64,000 nt of DNA from the NCBI GenBank assembly GCA_964230645.1, contig CAXRHT010000001.1, positions 768,001 to 832,000 of the forward strand, given 5' to 3'. This stretch comes from Bdellovibrionales bacterium. GTDB lineage: Bacteria; Bdellovibrionota; Bdellovibrionia; Bdellovibrionales; JAGQZY01. The notes below the pieces were generated by a model. The model saw only the letters and a list, made by a program, of their open reading frames with translations. It was not told the DNA's origin and did no database searches. Shown piece after piece: positions 1-9,072 of this stretch. Both the position numbers and the translations under genes were made by a program. Each line of letters starts with the position of its first letter. Position 1 is the first letter of the stretch.

Positions 1-1041
1 CCAGGTGTTGTTCAGCACAACGAATCGGAACTTGATTTTGTCACCCGAAGCTCAGGAATAGAGTTTGATATTCGGCTTGCTAACCGCAATCGTCAGCGCA
101 ACTTTATGGAAATAGACTACCAGATAAGGAAGGGTCCCGAAGATCCGGTGAGTCGTTACCGTATAGCCTCCTTTACCCTAGACAGGGACTACCAGATTGG
201 GATCAATCTTTGGGAAAAAGAAGTTTCAAAAGAAGCATTGATGATCATGTCACTCGATCGAGATTCCAAAATCACGGGCCTTGATGAGCTGACCTTTCAC
301 TTTGAACGTTCGGATAAGAAACTAAAAGTTCAACGAGGCCTTTTCGCACAAAATGAATTGCCTTCTTTTTATGGACAATTACGTAAAATGCTACCTGAAT
401 CGATGCACTACCCTTACCTCTATCAACTCGAAGAGCATTTAAAAACGGGTTGGAACAAGGGTACTTATGTCGCCATGGATCTTGCTTTTAATCCTGAAGC
501 TTTTCAGCTTATGCAGACTCTCTCTAATAGAGAAATCGATCAGGTTTTTGATAATTTTGTGAATCAAGTAATAGAAACCCAAAAAGCTGACAACAATCGT
601 TTTTTTGGGGATCTTGAGCTACAAGGTTCTTTGAATCAGCACCTCAATGCAGAAACAGGAACACTCGAAAGTTTTTTCTCAGAAAAGAAAACTGAGAATC
701 TTAAAAAGATTTTACACTATGTCTTTCATCCAGCAACTGACCAGGAAATGCTTGAAAAGCAATGGGTCTACTTTCGGTCTTTAAAAAACAGCATGATCTT
801 TCGTGATCTTGGTGCTGGAATTATGGTACGTCTTCTTGAAAGAGCCGGTGATAAAAATAAAATTCCCTTTAACGAGCTGTTAAAATTCCAAGTGGAATAT
901 AAAGCTGATGGGGAAGACCGCATCTTCTTTTCGGCAGGAGACTATCTCCGTCCCGATTACACCAAAGCTCTATTGAGAGACAGGGACCGAGTTCTTAACC
1001 GTCGCTACAATCCCTGGCATTTCGAGGAGTCGAATCAATAA
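1..1041 (+). CDS. Hypothetical protein, 5'-truncated by the window edge
   Basis: The frame of ORF 106..1041 stays open back to base 1; no family motif recognised. Confidence 0.7.
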   Translation, partial: PGVVQHNESELDFVTRSSGIEFDIRLANRNRQRNFMEIDYQIRKGPEDPVSRYRIASFTLDRDYQIGINLWEKEVSKEALMIMSLDRDSKITGLDELTFHFERSDKKLKVQRGLFAQNELPSFYGQLRKMLPESMHYPYLYQLEEHLKTGWNKGTYVAMDLAFNPEAFQLMQTLSNREIDQVFDNFVNQVIETQKADNNRFFGDLELQGSLNQHLNAETGTLESFFSEKKTENLKKILHYVFHPATDQEMLEKQWVYFRSLKNSMIFRDLGAGIMVRLLERAGDKNKIPFNELLKFQVEYKADGEDRIFFSAGDYLRPDYTKALLRDRDRVLNRRYNPWHFEESNQ

Positions 1042-1051
1042 CAAATAATTG

Positions 1052-1858
1052 TTAGCTTGATTTTTTGTTGATGTCTTCAATACTGGTTGCAAACAAAGTT
1101 TTCAGAAAGTGCTTGCGGTTTTTCTTCACTTCATCACTTTCTTGAACCTCTTTTGCCTGCAACTTCTGATGGCTTTTCATTCTATTACCGTCAACCACTT
1201 CGGGGGCGCCTTCAGGACGCTCCACATTTTTTAAAAATTCTTTGTACTTTTGTGAGCGCCGAGGGTCGTCGATAGGACCCGCCTTGCTTACCTTTTTATT
1301 CTTTTCTTTATCAGGGATAAGATCTTCTTTTTTTCGAGACCTCTCGGTGGGTTCCGACTTTTTCTTACCAGATCCAGAAATATAAGTTTTTTGCTTATCA
1401 TTGAAATCAGAGGTTCCGTGAACGAACTGGCTCCCGCTCTTTTTACTTTTACGGTCCTGCTCGATGTATTCATTGTAGCGTTTTCTTAACTCAACAAGCT
1501 CAACGTCCGTGGTGTGTGCCAAAACGTCGATGAGCTTGAAGGGATCGATGGGAGAATAAAGTACGCCGTCGATAATTTTTTTCTGCTCTTCACTTAAGTG
1601 AGAGGACTCTTTTTCTTGCTTTACAAAAACCAGCTTAGGTTTCCCACGCACTTTTTTGATTTTTCCCAAAGCCGACAAAATTTTCTCATTTCTACCTAAA
1701 GTGGAGGCAAAAACCACATCGGGAAAATGATCAATAAGCTGCTCAGAAAGGTCTGTTCCTTGGCGCATGGCAATAACCTTGTAACGCAAACGAGCCATTA
1801 TTTTTTCTAGGAAAACCTGATCTTCATCGTTGTCGAGTACTAACATTATTTTTTGCAT
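1052..1858 (-). CDS. Atypical (pseudo-)receiver domain protein with a charged low-complexity C-terminus
   Basis: N-terminal KIMLVLD...PDVVFAS...LVFV...YSPID resembles the CheY-like fold, but the phosphoacceptor Asp and conserved Lys are missing. Confidence 0.65.
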   Translation of the reverse strand: MQKIMLVLDNDEDQVFLEKIMARLRYKVIAMRQGTDLSEQLIDHFPDVVFASTLGRNEKILSALGKIKKVRGKPKLVFVKQEKESSHLSEEQKKIIDGVLYSPIDPFKLIDVLAHTTDVELVELRKRYNEYIEQDRKSKKSGSQFVHGTSDFNDKQKTYISGSGKKKSEPTERSRKKEDLIPDKEKNKKVSKAGPIDDPRRSQKYKEFLKNVERPEGAPEVVDGNRMKSHQKLQAKEVQESDEVKKNRKHFLKTLFATSIEDINKKSS

Positions 1859-2006
1859 AACCTATGATCTCCTGATTTCGCGAGGAGGTCAAAATCCAGA
1901 TAAAAAGGGTCTACTGCTAGGAAACGGGGCCTCCTCTAATGTCGAGGAAGGGGTCGATATTGACGCACTTTTTCATTGGTGTTAAAACCGCAGAATTGGA
2001 GGATTT

Positions 2007-2903
2007 ATGGAAAAAACCCGTGTTGAAGAAATCCAGTTACCAGAACGAAAATTCAGTGTCTCCGCAGGAAACACCACGATCAATATCGGCTCCGGCGAAG
2101 ACCTAGCTGTTATCGCAGGCCCTTGTGTCATTGATAACCGCGAATTGGCCTTTAATACCGCCCGAGCTCTCTCTGAAATTAGCCAGAAACTAGGGATCGG
2201 CATCATTTTCAAAAGCTCGTACGAAAAAGACAATCGAGGGGCTGTTGGAAATTGGAAAGGTCCTATGATGGATGAAGGACTCAAAACCCTTGCTGACATT
2301 AAAAAAGAATTCGATATGCCAGTGCTAACCGATGTGCACCGAACCGAAGATGTTGCTCCTACGGCGGAATTCGTCGATGTTCTACAAATCCCCGCCTATA
2401 TGTGCCAACAAACCTCAATGGCTGTTGAGTGCGGAAAAACAGGACGCGCGATCAATGTTAAAAAGGGCCAATTCCTGGCTCCTGAAGGAATGGCCGGAGT
2501 TGTTGGCAAGATTCAATCCACCGGTAACAAGAACATTCTTCTTACAGAAAGAGGCGCTTGCTTTGGTTACAACCGATTAGTCGCTGACATTCGCTCCATT
2601 CCTATTATGCAGCAATTGGGAACACCCGTGTGTTTTGACTCCACTCATATTATCCGTCTCTACGGGATAAGCAGTGCTGATCCGGCTGGTGGTGAACCCC
2701 GTTTTGTGCCTCACTTGACTTTAGCCGCAGTGGCCGCGGGTACTGATGCCTTATTTATTGAAACCCACCCCGACCCAATGACAGCGAAATGTGATGCGGC
2801 CTCTCAGTTGCGCCTCTCTCATTTTGAAAGACTGGTTACACAGGCCAAGAATGTGCGTAAAGCTATTCAAAAACCTGAAAATGTCGGTACAATGACCGTA
2901 TAA
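2007..2903 (+). CDS. kdsA: 3-deoxy-8-phosphooctulonate (KDO8P) synthase
   Basis: IAGPCVI, FKSSYEKDNR, LTDVH, NVKKGQFLAP, ERG..FGY, FDSTH, LFIETHPDP motifs; GGAGG RBS. Confidence 0.92.
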   Translation: MEKTRVEEIQLPERKFSVSAGNTTINIGSGEDLAVIAGPCVIDNRELAFNTARALSEISQKLGIGIIFKSSYEKDNRGAVGNWKGPMMDEGLKTLADIKKEFDMPVLTDVHRTEDVAPTAEFVDVLQIPAYMCQQTSMAVECGKTGRAINVKKGQFLAPEGMAGVVGKIQSTGNKNILLTERGACFGYNRLVADIRSIPIMQQLGTPVCFDSTHIIRLYGISSADPAGGEPRFVPHLTLAAVAAGTDALFIETHPDPMTAKCDAASQLRLSHFERLVTQAKNVRKAIQKPENVGTMTV

Positions 2904-2974
2904 GGCTTTGCGACTCATCAAAGAAACCTGGGGTCGCGTTTAAGGCCCCGAAACTTTGAAACACTGAGGCCATC

Positions 2975-4075
2975 ATTTTTCGTCGCTACAAACTCGTATT
3001 TTATTATCTATTTTCAGAAATGGTTCCCACATTCTTCGTGGGAGTCATCAGCTTCGTATCGATTCTCCTTTTATTCCAAGTTTTAAAACTCACTGAAGAG
3101 CTTTTAAAACACGACGTTGGCATTAGAACTCTTGTTCACCTGCTTTCCTATATGTCGATTAGTTTTTTGCCCGCGATCCTACCAATGAGTTTAATTTTTG
3201 CCATTGTTCTGTCCTACAATCGACTTTCTGCTGACTCTGAAGTTATAGCTATGAAGTCGCTTGGCCTTAGTATGTGGCCGATCATGGCTCCTGGTATGGC
3301 CTTAGGTTTAATTATCTCACTACTTTCCGCCTACACTTCTTTTCAAATTGGACCCTGGGGAAATCGACAGTTTGAAGTTCTGATATTTGACATCGGCAAT
3401 TCAAAAATCACCTCGCAAATTGGCGAGGGAACTTTTTCGTCTGGCTTCTTCAATTTGATGGTCTATGCCAATAAGATTAATGAGGAGACCGATGAATTGG
3501 AAAAAGTTTTCATTTATGACGAACGAAATAACAAAAACCCCACAACGATCATCGCTGATCGAGGTAAAATTTTAACTGAGAAAAGTTTTAACGCCTATAA
3601 GGCTTTTGTCCGTCTCTCCGATGGAGACATTCACAAAATGTCTGATAAAGGACATACAAAGATTCACTTCGAAACTTATGATTTGCAGATCGTGGAACCA
3701 GCCAACCGTAAAACACGGGGCAAGTCCATGAACAGTTTCACCTATAAGGATCTAACCACTGCTATCGATAGCGAGAAAAATGAAAAGAAAAAAAGGGAGT
3801 ATCTCTACGAGTATCATCGTAGATTCTCCCTTTCGTTTGCCTGCCTTTTGTTTGTTCTGGTTGGTATCGGTCTAGGATGCCGAAGCAATAGCCGATCAGG
3901 AAAGTCTGGCGGGGGTGTTATAAGCGTCGGTGTCATAGTCGCCTATTGGCTACTTTTTGTCATCGGCAATAGCCTGCTTAAATCGCCTCAAGTCCCAGTG
4001 CTCGTAGCCGCCTGGCTCCCCGCTTTTGTCTTGCTTCCTACGGGAATCTATTTGCTACGTAAAAACTGGAACTAA
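2975..4075 (+). CDS. lptF: LPS export ABC transporter permease, LptF/LptG family (probable ATT start at 2975; first ATG at 3020)
   Basis: RLSADSEVIAMKSLGLS motif, 3+3 TM helices around a periplasmic domain, C-terminal AAWLP. Confidence 0.85.
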   Translation: MFRRYKLVFYYLFSEMVPTFFVGVISFVSILLLFQVLKLTEELLKHDVGIRTLVHLLSYMSISFLPAILPMSLIFAIVLSYNRLSADSEVIAMKSLGLSMWPIMAPGMALGLIISLLSAYTSFQIGPWGNRQFEVLIFDIGNSKITSQIGEGTFSSGFFNLMVYANKINEETDELEKVFIYDERNNKNPTTIIADRGKILTEKSFNAYKAFVRLSDGDIHKMSDKGHTKIHFETYDLQIVEPANRKTRGKSMNSFTYKDLTTAIDSEKNEKKKREYLYEYHRRFSLSFACLLFVLVGIGLGCRSNSRSGKSGGGVISVGVIVAYWLLFVIGNSLLKSPQVPVLVAAWLPAFVLLPTGIYLLRKNWN

Positions 4076-4082
4076 TAAGCTC

Positions 4083-4250
4083 TTACAAGCCTGTGCGCTT
4101 CTTTGTTTCCGAGTGGTCACCTCTAACATGCTCGTCTACCTCAACGTCTTTTTCGATGGGCTTAGAGTCGGTTTCCTCGACACTGGCTTGCTTTTTTTCT
4201 ATTTCCTCTTTCCACTTTTCGTCTGTGTTATTTTTCTGCTGATTAGCCAT
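4083..4250 (-). CDS. Small charged hypothetical protein (MANQQKN...)
   Basis: ATG 2 nt after the upstream gene's stop, preceded by GAGGTGG. Confidence 0.5.
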   Translation of the reverse strand: MANQQKNNTDEKWKEEIEKKQASVEETDSKPIEKDVEVDEHVRGDHSETKKRTGL

Positions 4251-4251
4251 C

Positions 4252-4515
4252 TTATACCACCTCTCTGGGTTTACCCGAGAATGCATTGACTATGAAAAGT
4301 AAAGCAATAGCGCCCACGATCGAGGCTATAAAACCCACAGGTTCGTTGGGGCTGTACCAGCCGAGCATTCGTCCGGTGAACCCAGCAATCAAAGCACCGC
4401 CGATTCCGAGCAGGGTCGTTAATATAAAGCCCATAGAGTCATCTCCAGGCTTAAAAGCACGGGCGAGTAAGCCCACAATAAAACCAATTAAAATCATCCA
4501 AAGAATTCCGATCAT
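4252..4515 (-). CDS. GlsB/YeaQ/YmgE (transglycosylase-associated) membrane protein
   Basis: ILIGFIVGLLARAFKPG...LLGIGGALIAG...ASIVGAIALL pattern; AGGAGG RBS. Confidence 0.9.
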   Translation of the reverse strand: MIGILWMILIGFIVGLLARAFKPGDDSMGFILTTLLGIGGALIAGFTGRMLGWYSPNEPVGFIASIVGAIALLFIVNAFSGKPREVV

Positions 4516-4658
4516 ACGATCCTCCTTTCAATTCTCCCATCCACATTAACAGAGGCTTTCGGACAATAGTTCTTGCTGTAATGGAAAGAATTTGAAGCTA
4601 TTTTCATATTTGCCCCCTTAAGTCTCAAAAATCGGCTTTTCAGAGGCTCTAGCCTCTA

Positions 4659-5165
4659 TCAGTCCTCTTCTATTTTTCTATTCCCTAAAAATTGTACGAT
4701 TTTTTTTATTCTATCCTTTTCGTAGTGCACTTTTTCAAGCTCAACAGAGAGACCTTTCACATCCTCTGCGATTTCTTGACTCACCTTTGCCGAGCGAATG
4801 ATCTGAACCGTTTCTTCGATGGGCGACCAAAGCCCTTCACAACTGTAGCAACGTTTCAGTTGAGCTCCACTATTGTAGGCATAGCGAAATTCATCTAAGG
4901 CCACGGAACAACGAGGACAAACACTAATTTGAATCCAGTTTTTTTCCGGAAAGCTGAAAAACTCCACAATTTTCGTGAGGTCCAAGCGGTCTAGAAGATC
5001 TTTGAATTGGCCAATTCGTCGCTCATCAAACCAGATTCCATCGCAGTCGTCACACTTATAGACCTGTGTCTCGCCACACCTAAAGGGAGAAAGGAAGCAC
5101 TGGCAATCGGGACATCTCAGTGCACTCTTTTTTCCAATAGGAACTAGATTAGAAAAAGTTTTCAT
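4659..5165 (-). CDS. Double zinc-ribbon (zf-TFIIB-like) protein
   Basis: Two CxxC...CxxCxGxW units (CPDC/CDDCDGIW; CPRC/CYSCEGLW). Confidence 0.75.
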   Translation of the reverse strand: MKTFSNLVPIGKKSALRCPDCQCFLSPFRCGETQVYKCDDCDGIWFDERRIGQFKDLLDRLDLTKIVEFFSFPEKNWIQISVCPRCSVALDEFRYAYNSGAQLKRCYSCEGLWSPIEETVQIIRSAKVSQEIAEDVKGLSVELEKVHYEKDRIKKIVQFLGNRKIEED

Positions 5166-5223
5166 CAGCTAACATCTTATAAAAACTCATTGATTTGTGT
5201 GACAAGCCTGACCGGATGGGCCT

Positions 5224-5886
5224 TTATGATGGATTAAAAGGCAAAAAAGTTTCACTTTGATAGAGAGTTTCAAGATCCGCAAAATTGCGTATCATTAGAG
5301 CCCCATCAAAGAGAAGTTGATTATTCCCGGAGAACTCAGGCTCAAGAACATGACCTGGAAGAGTGAGAACGGTAGCGCCGTTATCTATGGCAAGCTTTGC
5401 GGTAATCATAGAGCCACTTTTCTTTTCTGCTTGAATGACAAAAATTAATGAGCACAGTGAAGCAATCAAGCGATTGCGATGATAGAAATGGTGTTTTCTC
5501 ATTTCCGTTTCATGGGGGTATTCGGTCGCCATAACAAATTGTGAATGTTGATGAAAGCGTGTCAAAGTACGAGGGTAAATACTGCTCAGACCACTGGGTA
5601 GAAACGCCAAGGTTGGGCAGCCAGCCCTTAAAGCCACTGCATGAGCCGCTTGGTCCACGCCTCGAGCCCCTCCGCTTATGACAGCCAAATCGTATTTTTT
5701 AATAAAAGGTAAAAATTCTTGATCCAGCCACTGAGGAACCCAAGGCTTCATATTTCTTGCTCCGACAACGGCAACACTGGGTCTGGAGAAGTCCCAGTCT
5801 TTAGAAAGAAAAATTTGGTCCGGGGTGTCTTTTAGATTAAGAAAACGTTTTGGAAAACTAGCATCCGAATTTTTTATTGCTCTCAT
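5224..5886 (-). CDS. dprA: DNA-processing protein DprA (core Rossmann-like domain only)
   Basis: VAVVGAR, VISGGARGVDQAAH, F..RNRLIA, SGSMITA, PG...GNNQL..GA motifs. Confidence 0.92.
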   Translation of the reverse strand: MRAIKNSDASFPKRFLNLKDTPDQIFLSKDWDFSRPSVAVVGARNMKPWVPQWLDQEFLPFIKKYDLAVISGGARGVDQAAHAVALRAGCPTLAFLPSGLSSIYPRTLTRFHQHSQFVMATEYPHETEMRKHHFYHRNRLIASLCSLIFVIQAEKKSGSMITAKLAIDNGATVLTLPGHVLEPEFSGNNQLLFDGALMIRNFADLETLYQSETFLPFNPS

Positions 5887-5985
5887 TCTATAAGCTAGTC
5901 TTCAAAAAGCAGGCTGTCTTGAAAACAAGGACAAAAGATTTTGATTTACCAGCATCCGGAATTTATTTCGATTTTTGGGTAAAAA

Positions 5986-7383
5986 CTATTCGAACTCTAT
6001 GTCCTCATCTTCAAAAGGAAGGTCACTGCCCTCTCCGGGCTCCTGGAAATCAAGGCCCGTTTCGATGCTATCTAAGTCATCCAGCTCTGACTGAGTTGTC
6101 GTGGGACGCACAAGTGTCGGCGCACCCGTTTCGTCCCCTGGCAAAATAACATCATTGGAACTTATTACGAAAGCCGAAGCCAATTTTGGCTCCGCACGAA
6201 AGACTTTTATATGAGCGATGGGCGTTGGACTCTTGTCGATGACAGGCTCATCGTAGCGTATGTCTCTTCTCTTGTAGATTCCTAGTATATCACCCTTGCG
6301 CAGCCCCCTATTGGTTCCTCCGCCTAAATAAACCACGTCACTTTGGCCGTAAACGCGAGAGGTATTTTCTAAGCCACCGCCAATGATTCTCACCGCGACA
6401 TCAGAGGGTCGGCCAGCGTAATCATCGGCAAAGGTTGGGATTTGCTCTCTGGAAATCCATGGATTTCCCTTTACGCCAGAAAGACTACGGATGATCACAC
6501 CACGATATAAGGTCTTATTAATTTTTTCACCGATTTCCACAGTACCCATATAGCTGATGACATCACCATCAAAACCATTGCGATCAAATTCATAATCACG
6601 CCCCATGACCGTGAATCTTTCTCCAATTTTTAAGTCCTCCTCGGACCGAATATAAACTTTTTGATTTAGACCCACTAAAATAACGTCGTCTTCTGATTCT
6701 ACAAGCCTTCCAATACGAGGATAATCGCGAGCCAAGCCTCCATATAGAAAGGAACTGGCGACAAAAAGAGGATTCACTCGAACCGGAGGACGAATATCCA
6801 TACTCACCCCTTTTTCATCATACTTGGAAGCATCATAAGAGTCCGAGTTTTGAAAGGAGGATGGAATCGGCTGCACGGGCCTGATGGCTCTTTTTCTGCC
6901 AGGTATTTTTGGGGCCCCTGGATAAAGACTTCGTCGAATTCTCTCGTCTTTAGGGTCTACGGACTCTCCTTCAACAATAACAAAACCACTTAAGGGGGCC
7001 GCCTGATCAAAATTTTCACCAGTGGGCTCGATACTCACTCCGGGAGGCAAATCCATGGATCCACTAAAAAACTCGATCTTCTGTCCCACAGAGAGTAAAT
7101 GGGGATTGGTTAAGGTCGAATTATAGGACCAAATTTTTGGCCAGAAAAAACCATCTCCAAAAAAAATGGTACTTAAATCCCAGAGGGTATCCCCTTCCGA
7201 GATCGTGTAAGAACGTTGGGAAAGGTTAGTAACATATTGAGCCCACTGAGCATCACTGATTTCTTCGTCGTAGGAACTCTTATAGATATTATACATTCTC
7301 TGCTCAAAGCTAGTTTGAGACTGAGCTCCTAACCAAGAAGTTGTTAGTAGGATTAAAATAAGGAGGACGGCACGAAGCTTCAT
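5986..7383 (-). CDS. Secreted LysM peptidoglycan-binding protein (TsaP-like)
   Basis: Signal peptide; YTISEGDTLWDLS...WPKIWSYN..LTNPHLLSVGQ LysM motif; located upstream of dprA. Confidence 0.85.
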   Translation of the reverse strand: MKLRAVLLILILLTTSWLGAQSQTSFEQRMYNIYKSSYDEEISDAQWAQYVTNLSQRSYTISEGDTLWDLSTIFFGDGFFWPKIWSYNSTLTNPHLLSVGQKIEFFSGSMDLPPGVSIEPTGENFDQAAPLSGFVIVEGESVDPKDERIRRSLYPGAPKIPGRKRAIRPVQPIPSSFQNSDSYDASKYDEKGVSMDIRPPVRVNPLFVASSFLYGGLARDYPRIGRLVESEDDVILVGLNQKVYIRSEEDLKIGERFTVMGRDYEFDRNGFDGDVISYMGTVEIGEKINKTLYRGVIIRSLSGVKGNPWISREQIPTFADDYAGRPSDVAVRIIGGGLENTSRVYGQSDVVYLGGGTNRGLRKGDILGIYKRRDIRYDEPVIDKSPTPIAHIKVFRAEPKLASAFVISSNDVILPGDETGAPTLVRPTTTQSELDDLDSIETGLDFQEPGEGSDLPFEDEDIEFE

Positions 7384-7826
7384 CGCGTGCGACGACTCCT
7401 CGGTGCAACAGCTTGTAGTTTTTTGTAGCGATTTCTCTCAGCTATTGCTTGTTTTTCAAGCCCCATCTTTTTGAAGATGGAATATCGGTAGCGGGCTAAA
7501 AGCTTGTTTCTGGGATACTCCTCTTTAAGCTTGGAACTCAGTTTTAAAGCTCTGACCCAGTCTTTTTTCTTTACGGCTTTTACCAAGGGGCGAATCGCGA
7601 GTTTAATACTCTTTTTCACTGGCTTTTTCGCCCAGCGATTCGCCTTGAGTTTTGATATCACTCTTTGTTTGCGCACCAGCTCTTTTTCTAAACTTTGTAT
7701 CCGTCTTTGCTGCACGTTCAGGATCCGCTTTTGCTTACCGGAAGTTGCGCAACCGGAAACTATAAATAGCGAGGAAAGAAAAAGGCAATACATTATTTTA
7801 TGGAATTTTAAATTTTTTTTCTTCAT
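7380..7826 (-). CDS. Basic lipoprotein with a coiled coil
   Basis: Lipobox VSG-C, coiled-coil segment, 4-nt overlap with the LysM gene; start taken at MKKKN. Confidence 0.7.
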   Translation of the reverse strand: MKKKNLKFHKIMYCLFLSSLFIVSGCATSGKQKRILNVQQRRIQSLEKELVRKQRVISKLKANRWAKKPVKKSIKLAIRPLVKAVKKKDWVRALKLSSKLKEEYPRNKLLARYRYSIFKKMGLEKQAIAERNRYKKLQAVAPRSRRTR

Positions 7827-7957
7827 AGAAATATTGTAGCGGTCCCCCTTCCCATAGAGCAAGTGGACGATTTTAAAAGTGCTCGAAAAATTGTCAGATT
7901 GACCCTAAAAATCCCCCTCAACTCAAAAATAAAAAGCAGAGACGCTCGATTTTTCAT

Positions 7958-8062
7958 CAATCCACAGCCTTTTTCCACACACTTTGTGGAATGGTCACCA
8001 CCCTAGACCTTAGACCCAGGTCCTAGAGCGGATTTCAGCGAATTGCACAGGTTTTATCCACA
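7958..8062. promoter_or_regulatory. Cluster of DnaA-box-like 9-mers
   Basis: TTATCCACA 8054-8062 (perfect), TTTTCCACA 7971-7979, CAATCCACA 7958-7966, reverse CATTCCACA 7985-7993, AATTGCACA 8041-8049. Confidence 0.55.
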
Positions 8063-8196
8063 CTTAAATAACTGAAATCACACAGATTTGAGCATAAAAT
8101 CTAAAAGGAAATCAGAATCTGAAATGTCCGGTCGGACAGCTAAAAAAATGCACTCTTTTTACTCAATTTAGTCTTTGAGTCATTTTTGCAATCCCG

Positions 8197-9072
8197 TTGA
8201 CTGTGTTTTCAAAATTCTCTTTTTTATTTTTTGCTTTCATTCTTCTTTATTGGACCTTTTTTGAAAATTCATACTTTAGTTTAGACCTCCACACACTCTG
8301 TATGAACCACAGCCCGAACACTGCGTGGAGGTTTATCTACCAAGCTTTGGTGTGTGGAGAGAAGCTCCCACAATCCGCCCAAAAAATAACACTACAAAAC
8401 ATAGGGCTTATTCACTTATTTGTAGTATCAGGAGCTCACCTCCATTTACTCAAATATTTTTTGGACAAAATCACCAAAGGGAAAGTTCCCTTCTTTATTG
8501 AAGTCTTTCTACTTTTTATTTTTGTTGCCATCTGCAATTTTCAGATCACAGCCTTAAGAGCGTGGATTCAGATTCTTTTAAATAAAGGGAATCAGGTTTT
8601 TTACCTTAACTATAGCCGCTTTCAAATTTTACTGCTCAGTGTGCTATCCTGTTTATTAATAAATCCAAGTAAAATCACTTCTCTTTCTTTGGTACTAAGC
8701 TGGGGAGCCTGTTTAGGTCTTTTCAGTTTTTCCTCATTTTTTCTTAGGTCTTTTGCTTGTTACCTTATTCTCTTTCCTGTCATAAACGCCTTTTCCTACC
8801 TGAGTCCTTGGAGTGTCGTTATTAATGCTTTTATCTCACCAATCATTGCGTGCTTTCTCTTTCCTTTGACTCTGATGAGTTTCGCGCTCTCACCGCTTGT
8901 TCCTATGACAGACTCTTTATGGAGTGCCTGCTTTTATCTTTTGAACTTTTTGGACATGAGCTTAAACAAACCTCAAGCCAGCCAGAGCTTTGTACAATCG
9001 CTGCCATACTGGTTTTATGTTTTGTTTATACATTTTTTCATGGAACAACTTTTTAGAAAGAAAAGTTTATGA
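8197..9072 (+). CDS. comEC: ComEC/Rec2 competence (membrane channel) domain protein
   Basis: GLIHLFVVSGAHL, LRA, SLVLSW motifs; highly hydrophobic. Confidence 0.85.
   Translation: MTVFSKFSFLFFAFILLYWTFFENSYFSLDLHTLCMNHSPNTAWRFIYQALVCGEKLPQSAQKITLQNIGLIHLFVVSGAHLHLLKYFLDKITKGKVPFFIEVFLLFIFVAICNFQITALRAWIQILLNKGNQVFYLNYSRFQILLLSVLSCLLINPSKITSLSLVLSWGACLGLFSFSSFFLRSFACYLILFPVINAFSYLSPWSVVINAFISPIIACFLFPLTLMSFALSPLVPMTDSLWSACFYLLNFLDMSLNKPQASQSFVQSLPYWFYVLFIHFFMEQLFRKKSL

Noticed and set aside
7860..8196. Chromosomal origin (oriC)
   Set aside because: DnaA-like boxes are present, but there is no dnaA/dnaN/gidA context and no clear unwinding element; kept only as a box cluster.
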